DNA of 64,000 nucleotides from an uncultured Gammaproteobacteria bacterium (GTDB lineage Bacteria > Patescibacteriota > Microgenomatia > JAMCZE01), in assembly GCA_964576435.1 (NCBI GenBank), contig CAZNUP010000001.1, positions 226,345 to 290,344 on the forward strand, read 5' to 3'. Made by a program: the position numbers and the translations under genes. The first letter of the stretch is position 1, and each line of letters opens with the position of its first letter. Below, one piece after another: positions 28,995 to 41,077 of this stretch. Below the pieces are notes generated by a model. It had not been told where the DNA came from. It saw only the letters and a list, made by a program, of their open reading frames with translations, and ran no database searches.

Positions 28995-31088
28995 TTACTT
29001 TTTTGCAACAATTTGCTCCTGAATATTCTTTGGAGTTTCTTCGTAGTGTGATGGTTCAATATAAGCACTTGCTCGGCCTTGAGTAAGTGATCTAAGTTTT
29101 GTTGTGTATCCAGAAATTTCAGCAAGTGGGACAAGAGCTAGAACAATTGTTGCATTGCCTCTTTGATTAGTTCCTAAAATTTGTGCTCTCTTCGAGGAAA
29201 GATCACCGATAACATCTCCCATGAATTCATCAGGAGTTGTTACTTCCACTTTCATGATTGGTTCCAAAAGAACTAGTTCTGCATTTTTAGCTCCGTCTTG
29301 AAGAGCCATTGACCCTGCAATTTGGAAAGCAACATCTGAAGAGTCAACATCATGGAATGACCCATCAAAGAAAGTAACTTTAATATCAGTTAATGGATAT
29401 CCAGCTAATACACCATTGAGAGCTGCTTCTTTTGTTCCTTTTTCGACAGATCCAAAGAATTCTGAAGGAACTGCTCCACCTTTAATTTCATTAACAAATT
29501 CCCATCCTTCACCACGTGGTTTAGGTTCGACTTTAATAACGGCGTGACCATATTGTCCACGACCTCCAGTTTGTCTAATATATTTTCCTTCGCCTTCTGC
29601 TGCTTTCTTAATTGTTTCTTTATAAGCAACTTGTGGTGCACCAACATTTGTATCAACTGACATTTCATCTTTCATTCGTCTCACCCACACCTCAAGTTGT
29701 AATTCCCCAACTCCAGAAATAATTGTTTGTCCAGTTTCTTTGTCACTCTTTACATGAATTGTTGGATCTTCTTCCATGACTCTTTGAAGTGCAAGTCCGA
29801 GTTTTTCCTGATCAGATTTTGATTTTGGTTCAATAGCAAGAGAGATAACTGGTTCTGGGAATGTAATACCTTCAAGAACTATTGGATTTGCTTGTTCTGT
29901 AAGTGTGTCCCCAGTTCTTGTTTCTTTAAGTCCAACTACTGCAACAATTTCTCCAGCAAAAGCTTCTGTAATTTCTTCTCTATTATTTGCGTGCATTAGA
30001 AGTAATCGGCCGATTCTTTCCTGTGTTCCTTTAGTAGCATTCCAAACATAGGATCCAGATGTTAATTTTCCGGAATAAATTCGAACGTAATAGAGTTTTC
30101 CAACGTGTGGATCGAGTTGTACTTTGAAAGCCATTCCAGTAAATGGTTCTTCGACTTTTGCTTGTCTTGTAACTTCTTCTTTTGTTTTTGGATTAATCCC
30201 AGCGGTAGCAGGTTTATCAAGAGGCGATGGTAAGTAATCAACAATTGCGTCGAGTAATGGTTGCACACCTTTATTTCTAAGTGATGTGCCTGTGTATGTT
30301 GGAACCAATTTATAATCAACAACGGCTTTTCTAAGTGCCGCTTTAAGTTCCGAGATGGTTGGGATTTCTCCATTGAGATATTTCTCAAGAAGTTTCTCAT
30401 CAGTTTCAGAGATTCTTTCAACAAGTTCTTGTCGATATTTTTTAACAAGTTCTGGATCAAGTCCTTCTGGAATTTCTTTCTTGATCTCATATTTGGCTCC
30501 AAGCTCATCTCCGCCCCAAATCCAAGCCTGTTCTTCCATGAGGTCATAAACACCTTTAAATGTATTTTCAACACCAATTGGTAAAACCATTGGAAGGGGA
30601 GTGATGCCAAGCCTTTCTTTAATAGCTTCAAGTGTTTTATAGAAGTTAGCACCAAGTTTATCAATCTTATTGATGTAGATAATTCTTGGAACTTTATATT
30701 TGTCAGCCTGTCTCCAAACTGTTTCAGTTTGTGACTGCACTGTTTCCTCAGCATCAAGAACTGTAACAGCTCCGTCAAGGACGCGAAGTGATCGTTCAAC
30801 TTCAGCTGTAAAGTCAACGTGACCAGGTGTATCAATGATGTTAATTCGGTGATCTTTCCAAAATGTAGTAGTTGCGGCAGAAACAATTGTGATTCCTCTT
30901 TCTCTTTCCTGCGTCATCCAGTCCATCTGTGTGTCACCTTCATCAATATCACCAATTTTGTAAGTTTTTCCAGTGTAGTAAAGAAGTCGTTCTGTTGTAG
31001 TAGTTTTTCCGGCGTCAATGTGAGCAATGATTCCGATATTTCGGACTTTGTCTAAAGGTGTATTTCTATTTTTTGTTTGATCGGACAT
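28995..31088 (-). CDS. fusA: Elongation factor G
   Basis: AHIDAGKTTTTERLL, DTPGHVDF; 697 aa. Confidence 0.95.
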   Translation of the reverse strand: MSDQTKNRNTPLDKVRNIGIIAHIDAGKTTTTERLLYYTGKTYKIGDIDEGDTQMDWMTQERERGITIVSAATTTFWKDHRINIIDTPGHVDFTAEVERSLRVLDGAVTVLDAEETVQSQTETVWRQADKYKVPRIIYINKIDKLGANFYKTLEAIKERLGITPLPMVLPIGVENTFKGVYDLMEEQAWIWGGDELGAKYEIKKEIPEGLDPELVKKYRQELVERISETDEKLLEKYLNGEIPTISELKAALRKAVVDYKLVPTYTGTSLRNKGVQPLLDAIVDYLPSPLDKPATAGINPKTKEEVTRQAKVEEPFTGMAFKVQLDPHVGKLYYVRIYSGKLTSGSYVWNATKGTQERIGRLLLMHANNREEITEAFAGEIVAVVGLKETRTGDTLTEQANPIVLEGITFPEPVISLAIEPKSKSDQEKLGLALQRVMEEDPTIHVKSDKETGQTIISGVGELQLEVWVRRMKDEMSVDTNVGAPQVAYKETIKKAAEGEGKYIRQTGGRGQYGHAVIKVEPKPRGEGWEFVNEIKGGAVPSEFFGSVEKGTKEAALNGVLAGYPLTDIKVTFFDGSFHDVDSSDVAFQIAGSMALQDGAKNAELVLLEPIMKVEVTTPDEFMGDVIGDLSSKRAQILGTNQRGNATIVLALVPLAEISGYTTKLRSLTQGRASAYIEPSHYEETPKNIQEQIVAKK

Positions 31089-31110
31089 AAAATATTTTTA
31101 AACTTGTTTT

Positions 31111-31140
31111 CAAAAAATTAGTGCCGACTATTTACGGCAC
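31111..31140 (-). terminator. Intrinsic terminator/attenuator between rpsG and fusA (GUGCCG-UAAAUAGU-CGGCAC then UAAUUUUUUG)
   Basis: 6-bp GC-rich stem at plus 31121-31140; A6 at plus 31112-31117 gives U6 on the transcript. Confidence 0.45.
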
Positions 31141-31183
31141 ATATTGATTATACAGGCTCCGTAGTAAATTTAAAATACAGAAT

Positions 31184-31666
31184 TTACCAGCGAAGGTGAG
31201 CAAATGCCTTATTAGCTTCTGCCATTTTATAAACCATGTCTCTTTTCTTGATTGCTCCACCAAGTCCTTGAGTTGCATCAATCATTTCAGCTGCCAATTT
31301 TTCTGAATAAGAATGATATTCTTTGTTTGATCTAGCTCTTGCTGCCTCGATAAGCCATTTTAAAGCCAAGTGAGTTTTTCGGTCTCCACGAACTTCCATT
31401 GGAACTTGATATGAAGCTCCACCAACTCTTCTTGGTCTAACTTCCATTTTTGGAGCAATAGTGTTGATCACTAAATCAAGATACTTTGATGCTTCCGCGT
31501 CTGGTTGTTTTTCTTTAACAATTTCGAAAGCTCTATAAACTTGAGTTGCTGCAACACTTTTCTTGCCGTCCTTCATGGACTTATTGATAAGTTTAGTCAT
31601 GAGTCTATTTCCATAGACTGGATCCATTGGTGTTAATGCTTTAGTGATTTTCTTCGATCTACTCAT
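31184..31666 (-). CDS. rpsG: Ribosomal protein S7
   Basis: S7 family sequence; conserved position. Confidence 0.9.
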   Translation of the reverse strand: MSRSKKITKALTPMDPVYGNRLMTKLINKSMKDGKKSVAATQVYRAFEIVKEKQPDAEASKYLDLVINTIAPKMEVRPRRVGGASYQVPMEVRGDRKTHLALKWLIEAARARSNKEYHSYSEKLAAEMIDATQGLGGAIKKRDMVYKMAEANKAFAHLRW

Positions 31667-31672
31667 ATATTT

Positions 31673-32128
31673 TTATGCTGCTGGTGTGGCGGCTGCTTTT
31701 GGAGCTGCTGCTGGACCAGTATCTCCAGCCTTTGTGCCATACTTACTTCTTGATTGTTTTCTTCCAACTACTCCACCTGCGTCAAATTTACCTCGAACAA
31801 TGTGATAACGAACACCAGGAAGATCCTTAACTCTTCCTCCTCGAACCATAACAATTGAATGTTCAGCTAAAGTGTGACCAATACCCATGATATAGGCGGT
31901 CACTTCTTGCTTGTTGGAAAGTCTAACTCTTGCAACTTTTCGAAGTGCTGAGTTTGGCTTTCTTGGTGTCATTGTTTTAACAACAGTACAAACACCCCTT
32001 TTAAAAGGTGAGTTCACAACAGACATTTCTCGTGTTCGGGCATTGAAATACTTCCGAAGTCCAGTTGTTCGGCTCTTTTTAACTTTGCTGTGTCTCCCTT
32101 TTTTGATGAGTTGATTTACTGTTGGCAT
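31673..32128 (-). CDS. rpsL: Ribosomal protein S12 with about 18-aa Ala/Pro-rich C-terminal extension
   Basis: [12 protein letters not shown]...PNSALRKV...[14 protein letters not shown]. Start at the internal Met; the ORF-track start overlaps rpoC. Confidence 0.85.
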   Translation of the reverse strand: MPTVNQLIKKGRHSKVKKSRTTGLRKYFNARTREMSVVNSPFKRGVCTVVKTMTPRKPNSALRKVARVRLSNKQEVTAYIMGIGHTLAEHSIVMVRGGRVKDLPGVRYHIVRGKFDAGGVVGRKQSRSKYGTKAGDTGPAAAPKAAATPAA

Positions 32129-32129
32129 A

Positions 32130-35100
32130 TTAGTTTTGAATTTGTTTTGCTCCTTCACCCATTCGAGCGCGTTCGCTAGATGTTGGGATGAGGCGCCCAA
32201 TTATGACATTTTCTTTAAGTCCAATCAAGGGATCTTCCGAAGCTCGGAGCGCTGCGTCAGTCAAAACCTCTGTTGTACGCTCAAATGATGCTGCTGACAA
32301 CCATGAATTTGTGTAAAGTGCCGCCCTTGATACTCCAAGAATTGTTACAGTTGCTGTTGCTGGTTCTCCGCCTGATGCAATAACTCTAGAATTTTCTTCG
32401 TCAAATCTTGCTCTATCAACAAATTCTCCAGGAAGGAAACTTGTATCTCCAGCAGTTTCAATTCTAACTTTATCAGCCATCTTTCGGACAATCACTTCAA
32501 AGTGTTTGTCATTGATAGGAATATTTTGTGATTCGTAAACCTCTTGTAGTTGAGCAATGAGATACTTTTGTGCTTCAAATAAGCCTCTTACTGCAAGGAC
32601 ATCTTTAATATCAAGTGACCCGGATGATAGTTGTGTTCCAGCTGCTACCAAGTCGCCTTCACTAACTGTAAGTTGTGATGTAAGTGGAATAATATATTCT
32701 CTTTCTTCAGCGGGTTTTACACTTGTATTTCTGATTCTGACTTTATATCCATCAGTTGTTTCAGCAACTTCAACTTTTCCTGAAATCTCAGCGATAGGTG
32801 AGAATATCTTTGGTGATCTTGTTTCAAATAGTTCTTCTACTCGAGGTAACCCCTGAGTAACGTCTTGGGAAACAACTCCTCCTGTGTGTTTTGTTCTAAG
32901 TGTAAGTTGTGTTCCAGGTTCTCCAATTGATTGAGCTGAGACGATTCCAACAGGCATTCCAAGTTCCACAAGTTTCCTGGTTGCAAAGTCTCTTCCGTAA
33001 CAAAGTTGGCACATTCCATACTTAGCTTGGCAGGTAAGTGGTGATCTAATTACCACTGATTCAAGCTTTGCTTCTTCGATTTCAGCAAGAACTTTTTCAT
33101 CAATTTCAGCTCCAGCTTCGGCAATTGTTTTCTTTCCATCCTTAATCTCGTTTACTAGGATTCTGCCAAGTAATCTATTTGGGAAACTTGTTCCCCGTTT
33201 CTCATCTCTTCTAATTTCAATTCCTTCAGTTGTTTCGCAGTCATGAAGTCTAATGAGACAATCATGAGCAACGTCCACAAGCCTTCGTGTTAAGTATCCA
33301 GCGTCAGCTGTTCTAAGCGCTGTGTCAGCAAGTCCTTTTCTTGATCCTCTAGTTCCCGTGACATATTCAAATACTGAAAGTCCCTGTCTAAAGTTTGATT
33401 TAGTTGGCATTGGAACGATTTTTCCAGTAGGATCAACCATAAGTCCGCGCATTCCAGAAACCTGTTTGACGTTGTCTTTACTTGATTTACCGGCTCCAGA
33501 TTCCAAGATAATTTTGACTGGATTGTTTTTGTCATATGCAGTCCATGTAAGTTCAGTGACTTTATCAGTGATTTCAATCCAGACGTCATTTTGAAGCCTT
33601 CTCATTTCGTCATGAGTAATAAGACCTTGTCCAAAGTTGTCTTCAATTTCAGTAGCTTGTGTTTCGCCTTCCGCAATAATTTCATCCTTTTCAGCAATTT
33701 GAGTAAGATCAAAAATACCAACTGAGATACCTGAGTTCATTGATCCGTCAAATCCAATATCCTTCAAATTATCCAAAAGACCAAGTAATTCTTCTCTGGA
33801 AAGAATATCCATGGCTTTATTCAAAACGCCTCGGAGTTTTGATCTTGTAAGTGTTTCATTGATGAATCTAAGTTTTTCTGGGATAGATCTATTAAGAATA
33901 ATTCTTCCAGGTGTGGTCTCCATCATCTTTCCATCGTGTCTAACTTTGATAAGCTGTCTCATGTGAATCTTGTTCTCTTGATAAGCTAGGATTACTTCGT
34001 CAAAGTCAGAGAAAATAGTTTCAACCTTTGGTAATTTTTCATCGATATTGGTGTAGTAGTTAATGCCAAGGATCATTTCTTTACTTGGATCAACAACAGG
34101 CATGCCGTCAGATGGCTTCAAAAGGTTGTGTTCAGCCATCATAAGTGATGCTGCTTCTGCTCGTGCGTTTCCAGAAAGTGGTACGTGAACGGCCATTTGG
34201 TCTCCATCAAAGTCCGCATTATATCCAGCGCAGACAAGTGGGTGAACTTGAATAGCTGATCCTTCAATAAGGATTGGATAAAACGCTTGCATACCAAGTT
34301 TGTGAAGTGTTGGTGCTCGGTTCAAAAGAACTGGATGGTTCTTTGTAATTTCTTCCAAGATATCAAATACTTCTGGTGATCTCTTTTCAAGGATTACCTT
34401 TGCACTTCTAACGTTTGGTGCCATTCCTCGAACAATAAGTTCTCGGAGAACGAAAGGCTTAAACATTTCAAGCGCCATTTCTTTTGGAATTCCGCATTCG
34501 TGGAGTTTAAGGTGTGGTCCAACCACGATAACTGATCGTCCAGAATAGTCCACGCGTTTACCAAGGAGGTTTTGTCTGAATCGCCCCTGTTTTCCACGAA
34601 GCATGTCTGAAAGACTCTTAAGTTCAATTGCAGATGCTCTTGACGATGTTCTTTGTGAAGCATCAATAAGAGAATCGACAGCTTCTTGAAGCATTCTCTT
34701 TTCGTTTCGAAGAATAATTTCAGGTGCTCCAAGATCAATAAGGTGCTTAAGTCTATTATTTCTATTAATAACTCTTCTATAAAGATCATTCAAATCTGAA
34801 GTAGCAAATCTTCCTCCAGAAAGTTGCACCATAGGTCTAAGATCTGGTGGAATAACTGGCAAAGCTGAAAGAATCATCCATTCTGGTCTGACTCCTGCTT
34901 TTCTCATTCCGTCAACAATTCGAAGTTGTTTAATAGCTTTGATTTTCTTTTGTGCACTTGCTTCAGCAACTTCAACTCGAAGATCAGCCGCCATTTTTCC
35001 AAGGTCAATTTGTCCAAGTGCTTCGGAAATAGCTTCTGCACCCATTCCAACACTAATGAAGTCAGATGCTCCGTATTCATCAAGTTTGAGATATTCTTCC

Positions 35101-35870
35101 TCAGTAAGTTGTGTAAGTGGTCTAACACTCTTAACAAGATCTGAAAGTGTTTTATAAATTTCTCCTAGTCTGTTTTTCTCCAAATTGAATTCATCTTCAA
35201 CTTTGGCAATCTTTTGCTTGTTTGAAAGTTCCACTTCAGAAAGAACCATTTCAAGTCTAGTTGTGTCGTTTTTGATCTTTTCTTTTTGGTCTTTAATCTT
35301 TTCTGCGGCTTCTTCTTTAGCTTCTTTGAGTTTTACTTCAAAGTCTTTTTCCATGGTTTTTTGTCTATCTTCCATGGTTTTAGTAAGTTCAGTCAAAACT
35401 GAATCTCTTCTATCTTCGTCAACTGACAACACAAGATAGGAAGCAAAGTAGACTACGTTCTCAAGAGCTTTTGGTGACATGTCCAAAAGAAGTGACAATT
35501 TAGAAGGTGCGCCTTTGAAATACCAAACGTGTACGATAGGTACCGCAAGGGTAATATGGCCCATTCTTTCGCGTCTAACTTTAGATTGTGTGACTTCGAC
35601 TCCGCACTTGTCGCAGATAATTCCTCTGTATCTGATTCTCTTATATTTTCCACAATAACATTCCCAATCTTTAGTTGGTCCAAAGATATTTTCAGAAAAT
35701 AGTCCATCCTTTTCTGGCTTTAATGTTCGGTAGTTGATTGTTTCAGGTTTTGTAACTTCACCATATGACCAATCCAAAATATCGGTTGGCGAGGCAAGTA
35801 TAAGCTTTAGTCCCCTAAAATCGACTAAGTTTGCAAAATTATCTGAAACTTTATTACTATTTGTCTTCAT
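32130..35870 (-). CDS. rpoC: DNA-directed RNA polymerase beta' subunit
   Basis: [12 protein letters not shown] catalytic motif and Zn-binding cysteines; 1246 aa. Confidence 0.95.
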   Translation of the reverse strand: MKTNSNKVSDNFANLVDFRGLKLILASPTDILDWSYGEVTKPETINYRTLKPEKDGLFSENIFGPTKDWECYCGKYKRIRYRGIICDKCGVEVTQSKVRRERMGHITLAVPIVHVWYFKGAPSKLSLLLDMSPKALENVVYFASYLVLSVDEDRRDSVLTELTKTMEDRQKTMEKDFEVKLKEAKEEAAEKIKDQKEKIKNDTTRLEMVLSEVELSNKQKIAKVEDEFNLEKNRLGEIYKTLSDLVKSVRPLTQLTEEEYLKLDEYGASDFISVGMGAEAISEALGQIDLGKMAADLRVEVAEASAQKKIKAIKQLRIVDGMRKAGVRPEWMILSALPVIPPDLRPMVQLSGGRFATSDLNDLYRRVINRNNRLKHLIDLGAPEIILRNEKRMLQEAVDSLIDASQRTSSRASAIELKSLSDMLRGKQGRFRQNLLGKRVDYSGRSVIVVGPHLKLHECGIPKEMALEMFKPFVLRELIVRGMAPNVRSAKVILEKRSPEVFDILEEITKNHPVLLNRAPTLHKLGMQAFYPILIEGSAIQVHPLVCAGYNADFDGDQMAVHVPLSGNARAEAASLMMAEHNLLKPSDGMPVVDPSKEMILGINYYTNIDEKLPKVETIFSDFDEVILAYQENKIHMRQLIKVRHDGKMMETTPGRIILNRSIPEKLRFINETLTRSKLRGVLNKAMDILSREELLGLLDNLKDIGFDGSMNSGISVGIFDLTQIAEKDEIIAEGETQATEIEDNFGQGLITHDEMRRLQNDVWIEITDKVTELTWTAYDKNNPVKIILESGAGKSSKDNVKQVSGMRGLMVDPTGKIVPMPTKSNFRQGLSVFEYVTGTRGSRKGLADTALRTADAGYLTRRLVDVAHDCLIRLHDCETTEGIEIRRDEKRGTSFPNRLLGRILVNEIKDGKKTIAEAGAEIDEKVLAEIEEAKLESVVIRSPLTCQAKYGMCQLCYGRDFATRKLVELGMPVGIVSAQSIGEPGTQLTLRTKHTGGVVSQDVTQGLPRVEELFETRSPKIFSPIAEISGKVEVAETTDGYKVRIRNTSVKPAEEREYIIPLTSQLTVSEGDLVAAGTQLSSGSLDIKDVLAVRGLFEAQKYLIAQLQEVYESQNIPINDKHFEVIVRKMADKVRIETAGDTSFLPGEFVDRARFDEENSRVIASGGEPATATVTILGVSRAALYTNSWLSAASFERTTEVLTDAALRASEDPLIGLKENVIIGRLIPTSSERARMGEGAKQIQN

Positions 35871-38800
35871 TTGTTGAAACCTCCTCTGTTATTTCTATTC
35901 CTGATGCTTCACTAATTGGTGTTTCTTCTGCATTAACTTCAGCATCCAAAACTTCTTTCATTTCATTAACTTCCTTTTCAACCTTTTCCTCTTGTTTGTC
36001 AGCTGCTGTTCCAGTTGCAGTTGGGATTGCGTTAGCAACAACCGCTCCACTTGGTGTAACTGAAAGAGCCAAACTTTGTAATTCTTTAACCAAAACCTTG
36101 AATGATTCTGGAATTGTTGATTGTGGAATATCAACACCTTTGACAATTGCTTCAAATGCTTTAGCGCGTCCCACAACGTCGTCTGATTTTATCGTAAGCA
36201 TCTCCTGAAGTGTATAGGCAGCTCGGTGTGCTTCAAGTGCCCAAACTTCCATTTCTCCAAGTCTCTGTCCACCCATTTGAGCTTTTCCGCCAAGTGGTTG
36301 TTGAGTAACAAGTGAGTATGGTCCTGTTGATCTTGCGTGTGTCTTATCCTCAACCATGTGCATGAGTTTGAGGATATAGGTTGTTCCAACCATGACTTTT
36401 TGATCAAGTTTTTCACCAGTTCGGCCGTCAATAACAGTTGTTTTTCCATCAGCTGGAAGACCCGCATCGGTTAAAGCCTTAGAAAGCCATTCTTCGGAAA
36501 TCTTTTCAAAAACTGGTACTGTTACTTTCTTGCCTTGGTGACTCATTGCCCAACCAAGATGTGCTTCCAAAATTTGTCCCAAGTTCATACGACCAAGAAC
36601 TGAAAGTGGGGAAATGATGATGTCGATTGGTGTTCCATCTTCAAGATGTGGCATGTCAGCTTGAGAGACAATTCTTGAAATAACACCTTTGTTCCCGTGT
36701 CTTCCGGCCACTTTGTCTCCAACTGAAACTTTTCTAACTTGTGCAACTTTAACTTTAATAAGTTTTGTTGTTCCTGGTGAAAGTTCATCTCCCTTTTCTT
36801 TGTCTAAAATATTGATTCCAATAACAGTTCCTTTTTCGCCGTGTGGCATGCGAAGTGATGTATCTCTGACTTCTCGTGCTTTTTCTCCAAAGATAGCTCG
36901 GAGTAGTCTTTCTTCTGCTGAAAGTTCAGTTTCACCTTTTGGTGCAATCTTTCCAACCAAAATATCATTTGGCCCAACTTCAGCACCAATTACGACAATT
37001 CCGTTTTCATCTAAGTTAGCAAGATCCATTTCGCCAACATTTGGAATATCTCTTGTAAGTTCTTCAGGTCCAAGTTTTGTATCAACTACTTCGCAGTCAT
37101 GTTCTTCAACGTGGATACTTGTCAAAAGGTCATCAGTAACAAGCCTATCAGAGACAATAATGGCGTCTTCGTAACCATAGCCTTCAAAGTGCATGTAGGC
37201 GATAGTCATATTGGATCCAAGTGCGAGCTCCCCATTTTCAGAAGATGGCCCATCAATAATTGGTTGTCCAACCTTAATTTTGTCTCCAGTTACAACTAAA
37301 GCTCTTTGTGAATAGCATGTTCCGTTTGGATCAGTTCTCTTGAATTTAACAAGTGAATAAGTTTCTAAATCGCCAACAATCTTAATGTTTTCATCCTGGT
37401 TTTTATCTTCCTTTGCTTTTTCAGCTTCCTTTTTATCAATTTTAATTACGACTTTATTTCCATCAACAAAAGCTACTTCTCCAGCATGTCTTGCTTTAAC
37501 AACCCATCCCATGGAAGTTGCTACATCTGCTTCAACTCCAGTTCCAACGTAAGGGGATTGTGGTCTAATAAGTGGCACTGCTTGAGCTTGCATATTTGAA
37601 CCCATCAGGGCGCGAATTCCGTCGTCATGTTGTAAAAATGGAATAAGGGCTGCTGCTGTTCCAACTACTTGTCTTGGAACAACATCCATAAGTCCAACTT
37701 CATCAGAATTTGCTGAAACGAATTCTCCTCTGAATCTAACTGGCACTCTTGAGTCTGTTATGTATCCATCTGAATCCATTCCAACCTCCGCATGAGTAAT
37801 TTTTTGGTCTCTTTCATCGTCAGCTGCCAAATAGACGATTTCTTCAGTCATTTTTACACCCTTACTGTCTTTTGCTAGTTTTCTGTATGGAGCCAACAGG
37901 AAGCCATATTCATCAACCTTGGTAAATAAGCTCATAAAGGTCACAAGACCGATATTTGGGCCTTCTGGAGACCTTACAGGGCAAATTCTACTGTATTGTG
38001 AAGAATTGATGTCTCGAATTGAGAAACTGGCTCTTTCCCGAGAAATTCCCCCAACCCCCATAACTGACAACTTTCTGAGTGTGTCGACCTCAGAAAGAGG
38101 GTTTGTTTGGTCCAAAATTGCTGATAATTGGGATGTCCTAAAGAATTCGTTTGTAGCTGAAATAAGAGGTCTGGCGTTCACAACTTGGTTAGGCATGACT
38201 TTAGATTTTGGATCTAAAAGGCTCATTCTTTCCTTAACAGCTCTTTCAAGTCTCATAAGACCTGATCTGAAAGCCACGTTTCCAACGAGTTCTCCAACTC
38301 TTCGTACTCTTCGATTGGCTAGGTGGTCAATATCATCTGTAAATGTTTCAGAATCTCCATTTTGAAGTCTAATGAGGTATTTGACAGTTTCAATTATATC
38401 CTCTCTCTTAAGTACCCAATTTTCAATTTCATTTGGGATATCAAGTCCAAGTCTTTTATTGATCTTATATCGTCCAACTTTTCCAAGATTATATCTTCGA
38501 ATATTGAAGAAAAGATCATTGATGTAATCAATTGCAGTTTCAACAACAACTGGTTCTCCAGGTCGCATCTTCTTATAAATTTCAGTGGCAGCTTCAGCAG
38601 ATCCATGTGTTGGGTCTTTTTTAAGTGTTGCTTCGATGAATGATTCAGTCCCCGTATCAACTCCAGAGAAAAGTTTCTTAATTTCTTCATCAGATCCAAT
38701 TCCAATAGCTCTTAAGAATGTAGTAATTGGGAATTTTCTGCGTCTATCAATTCGGACTGAAATAATTCCATTTCTGGAAATATTAAATTCCAACCAGCTT

Positions 38801-39330
38801 CCTCTAAAAGTTGGTCTAATTTCTGCAAAATAAAGCATTCGGCCAGTAACTGGATCAACTTCACCTAGGAAGTAGGTCCCAGCTGATCTAACGAGTTGAT
38901 TAACAACTGCTCTTTCAATTCCATTAATCACAAATGTTCCAGATTTTGTCATCATTGGCACTTCGCCAAAGAAAACTTCTTGAGTGGTGACTTCGCCAGT
39001 TTGTTTATTAAGAAGTCTTGCTTCAATTCTCATAGGAACGTCATAAGTGACGCCTTTAAGAGCTGCTTGTGATGCAGTGTACTTTGGTTTACCAAATGTA
39101 TATTTACCAAGTGATAACTCCCAATTTTTACCAGTAAAATCAGAGATAGGGGAAATTTCTGAAATTAAACTACCAATGCCTTCATCTAAAAATTGTTGAT
39201 AGGATTCTTGTTGAACGGAGAGGAAATCGAGTTCTGGAAGAGAGGGGTAATTTTTGCCCCAATACACGCGTGGAGCAAAAGCGTTTTCAGTGTTCTTATT
39301 TTGAGTTTGATTGTTAGTTTTATTAGCCAT
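35857..39330 (-). CDS. rpoB: DNA-directed RNA polymerase beta subunit
   Basis: Conserved rpoB blocks; 1157 aa. Overlaps the rpoC start by 14 nt. Confidence 0.95.
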   Translation of the reverse strand: MANKTNNQTQNKNTENAFAPRVYWGKNYPSLPELDFLSVQQESYQQFLDEGIGSLISEISPISDFTGKNWELSLGKYTFGKPKYTASQAALKGVTYDVPMRIEARLLNKQTGEVTTQEVFFGEVPMMTKSGTFVINGIERAVVNQLVRSAGTYFLGEVDPVTGRMLYFAEIRPTFRGSWLEFNISRNGIISVRIDRRRKFPITTFLRAIGIGSDEEIKKLFSGVDTGTESFIEATLKKDPTHGSAEAATEIYKKMRPGEPVVVETAIDYINDLFFNIRRYNLGKVGRYKINKRLGLDIPNEIENWVLKREDIIETVKYLIRLQNGDSETFTDDIDHLANRRVRRVGELVGNVAFRSGLMRLERAVKERMSLLDPKSKVMPNQVVNARPLISATNEFFRTSQLSAILDQTNPLSEVDTLRKLSVMGVGGISRERASFSIRDINSSQYSRICPVRSPEGPNIGLVTFMSLFTKVDEYGFLLAPYRKLAKDSKGVKMTEEIVYLAADDERDQKITHAEVGMDSDGYITDSRVPVRFRGEFVSANSDEVGLMDVVPRQVVGTAAALIPFLQHDDGIRALMGSNMQAQAVPLIRPQSPYVGTGVEADVATSMGWVVKARHAGEVAFVDGNKVVIKIDKKEAEKAKEDKNQDENIKIVGDLETYSLVKFKRTDPNGTCYSQRALVVTGDKIKVGQPIIDGPSSENGELALGSNMTIAYMHFEGYGYEDAIIVSDRLVTDDLLTSIHVEEHDCEVVDTKLGPEELTRDIPNVGEMDLANLDENGIVVIGAEVGPNDILVGKIAPKGETELSAEERLLRAIFGEKAREVRDTSLRMPHGEKGTVIGINILDKEKGDELSPGTTKLIKVKVAQVRKVSVGDKVAGRHGNKGVISRIVSQADMPHLEDGTPIDIIISPLSVLGRMNLGQILEAHLGWAMSHQGKKVTVPVFEKISEEWLSKALTDAGLPADGKTTVIDGRTGEKLDQKVMVGTTYILKLMHMVEDKTHARSTGPYSLVTQQPLGGKAQMGGQRLGEMEVWALEAHRAAYTLQEMLTIKSDDVVGRAKAFEAIVKGVDIPQSTIPESFKVLVKELQSLALSVTPSGAVVANAIPTATGTAADKQEEKVEKEVNEMKEVLDAEVNAEETPISEASGIEITEEVSTNEDK

Positions 39331-39340
39331 TACTTACAAC

Positions 39341-39372
39341 AAAAAAGACAAGCGAACCCACAAAATGTTCGC
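39341..39372 (-). terminator. Terminator-like hairpin (GCGAAC-9 nt-GUUCGC) then UUGUCUUUUUUGUUGUAAGUA immediately before the rpoB AUG (attenuator, or terminator of the upstream gene)
   Basis: Plus gcgaac 39352-39357 and gttcgc 39367-39372; A6 at 39341-39346. Confidence 0.4.
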
Positions 39373-39428
39373 CATTTATTTCTATTAAGATGCTCTTAGT
39401 TTACCAAACTTTTCCCAAAATGCAAGGG

Positions 39429-40085
39429 TTAATTGGTGAATTTAAATGTAGAGAGAATTTGATTTAAATTTTCTAAATCTGAGCTTTGTATATCTCCCTG
39501 CCAAGTGATTTTTAAAAACTTTGATTCATCTTTACCAAACGGCAGGTAGAGAAGCTGTACTGACCCTTCACCTTCGCGTAAATATTGGAATCCAGTTTTC
39601 CCACCAGTTGTTTTCATCACAACAGAGCCGACTTGATAAACATTTTGGTCAAAATCTCGATTATATTGAGCAATTTGTTGAACCGTTTTGTCTAATGGTT
39701 TTTCCGATACGGTGAATGTGAATAAATTTTGATTCGGCTGATTGTTCAATATTATGTCTAATAGGTTCTTAGTTTTAACGCAATTTGGCAGTAGTGGAGC
39801 TTTTGAAACTCCGTCACAATTGTCTTGGTCAGACAAGCCACCTGGCATAATATTTATACTATTTGGATAATTAAAAGAAAAACCATATTCATTATTGGTA
39901 TAACTTTTCCAATTTTTATTTCCATTTTCTACCGGGGTGGGTATAGAGTTAATTCTTTCATCGTCAACTGCATAAGTTATGTCGGCTGTGCTTTGTTCCA
40001 TGTGTCGTCCATTCCACCAGAAAAAACCTGCCGCACCTATAGCAATTACTAAAAGAATCCCTAAGATGATTGATGCTTTATTCAC
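39429..40085 (-). CDS. Membrane-anchored extracytoplasmic protein, unknown function
   Basis: N-terminal signal-anchor helix (IILGILLVIAIGAAGFFWW), then a 190-aa soluble domain with no recognised motif. Confidence 0.4.
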   Translation of the reverse strand: MNKASIILGILLVIAIGAAGFFWWNGRHMEQSTADITYAVDDERINSIPTPVENGNKNWKSYTNNEYGFSFNYPNSINIMPGGLSDQDNCDGVSKAPLLPNCVKTKNLLDIILNNQPNQNLFTFTVSEKPLDKTVQQIAQYNRDFDQNVYQVGSVVMKTTGGKTGFQYLREGEGSVQLLYLPFGKDESKFLKITWQGDIQSSDLENLNQILSTFKFTN

Positions 40086-40100
40086 AATTTCAGTGTTGCA

Positions 40101-41072
40101 CTACTGGAGATACTTTGCAATGTTTGCATTTTGCTGATCGTTAGTCACAGCATAGTGCATATTTCCCTCCTTGTCAGAGATATAGAAGAAGTAGTTACTT
40201 TTTTGAGGATAAATTACAGATTTAATTGCAGCAAGGCTTGGATTTCCAATTGGTCCAGGCGGTAATCCTGGATTTAAATATGTGTTATATGGTGAGGGGA
40301 TCTTTAAATCTTCTGACAGTACTTCTTTTGGCCACCAGTCATTTTTCGAATTCCCGAGCATGTAATGAATAGTTGCATCCACTTGAAGTGGATGATCATC
40401 ATTTAATCTGTTAAGTAAAATTCCAGCAACAATTGGCATATCCGCTTCACTTCCAGCTTCTTTTTCTACAATTGAAGCGAGTGTTACAACCTGTTCTGGA
40501 GTTAAATTTTTAGCTTTGGCTTCAGCCTGGAGTTTAGAATCAAACTTTTTGTTATAGATACTAACTAAGTATTCTCTGATTTGGTCAATTGTCCAGTTCT
40601 TGGGAATGTCATAAGTTTCTGGGAAATATTTGCCTTCATCAGCTTTCCAAATGGGGATTTGTTCTTGAACAGTCCAATCATCTCCACCAAAACCTTCTTC
40701 TTTAAGGTAGGTGAGAATATTTTCAAGTCTCCATCCTTCTTTAATTGTCATCCTATTATCGCTTCGGCCAACTTGAAGCTCTTCAGTAATTTGTTCAGCG
40801 GACATTGATGGTGACAAATTAAATTCGCCAGCCTGGACATTTTTTTCAATTCCTAGTTGCTTAACTAAAAGGAAAAAGGCAATTTGGTCCCGAATTAAGC
40901 CTTGGTCGTGAAGTTTTTTGGCAATTTCCCTGACACCATCACCAGTTTCAATAGTAAAGTCTCTATTTTTTGTGTCAGTTGAGTTAGCGGGGGACAAAGA
41001 AATATTCCACCAACCAAAAACAACAACAACTACAACCACAATAACTATTCCCGTAATAATGTATCTTTTCAA
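40101..41072 (-). CDS. mltG: Endolytic murein transglycosylase MltG (YceG-like)
   Basis: N-terminal TM; YceG motifs (ASIVEKEA). TTG start preceded by GAGGAGGTG SD. Confidence 0.75.
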   Translation of the reverse strand: MKRYIITGIVIVVVVVVVFGWWNISLSPANSTDTKNRDFTIETGDGVREIAKKLHDQGLIRDQIAFFLLVKQLGIEKNVQAGEFNLSPSMSAEQITEELQVGRSDNRMTIKEGWRLENILTYLKEEGFGGDDWTVQEQIPIWKADEGKYFPETYDIPKNWTIDQIREYLVSIYNKKFDSKLQAEAKAKNLTPEQVVTLASIVEKEAGSEADMPIVAGILLNRLNDDHPLQVDATIHYMLGNSKNDWWPKEVLSEDLKIPSPYNTYLNPGLPPGPIGNPSLAAIKSVIYPQKSNYFFYISDKEGNMHYAVTNDQQNANIAKYLQ

Positions 41073-41077
41073 ATTAC

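Noticed and set aside
28084-38833. Many 60-160-aa ORFs antisense to or frame-shifted within tuf, fusA, rpoC and rpoB
   Set aside because: All lie inside long, strongly conserved genes. Their compositions are low-complexity, typical of spurious frames.
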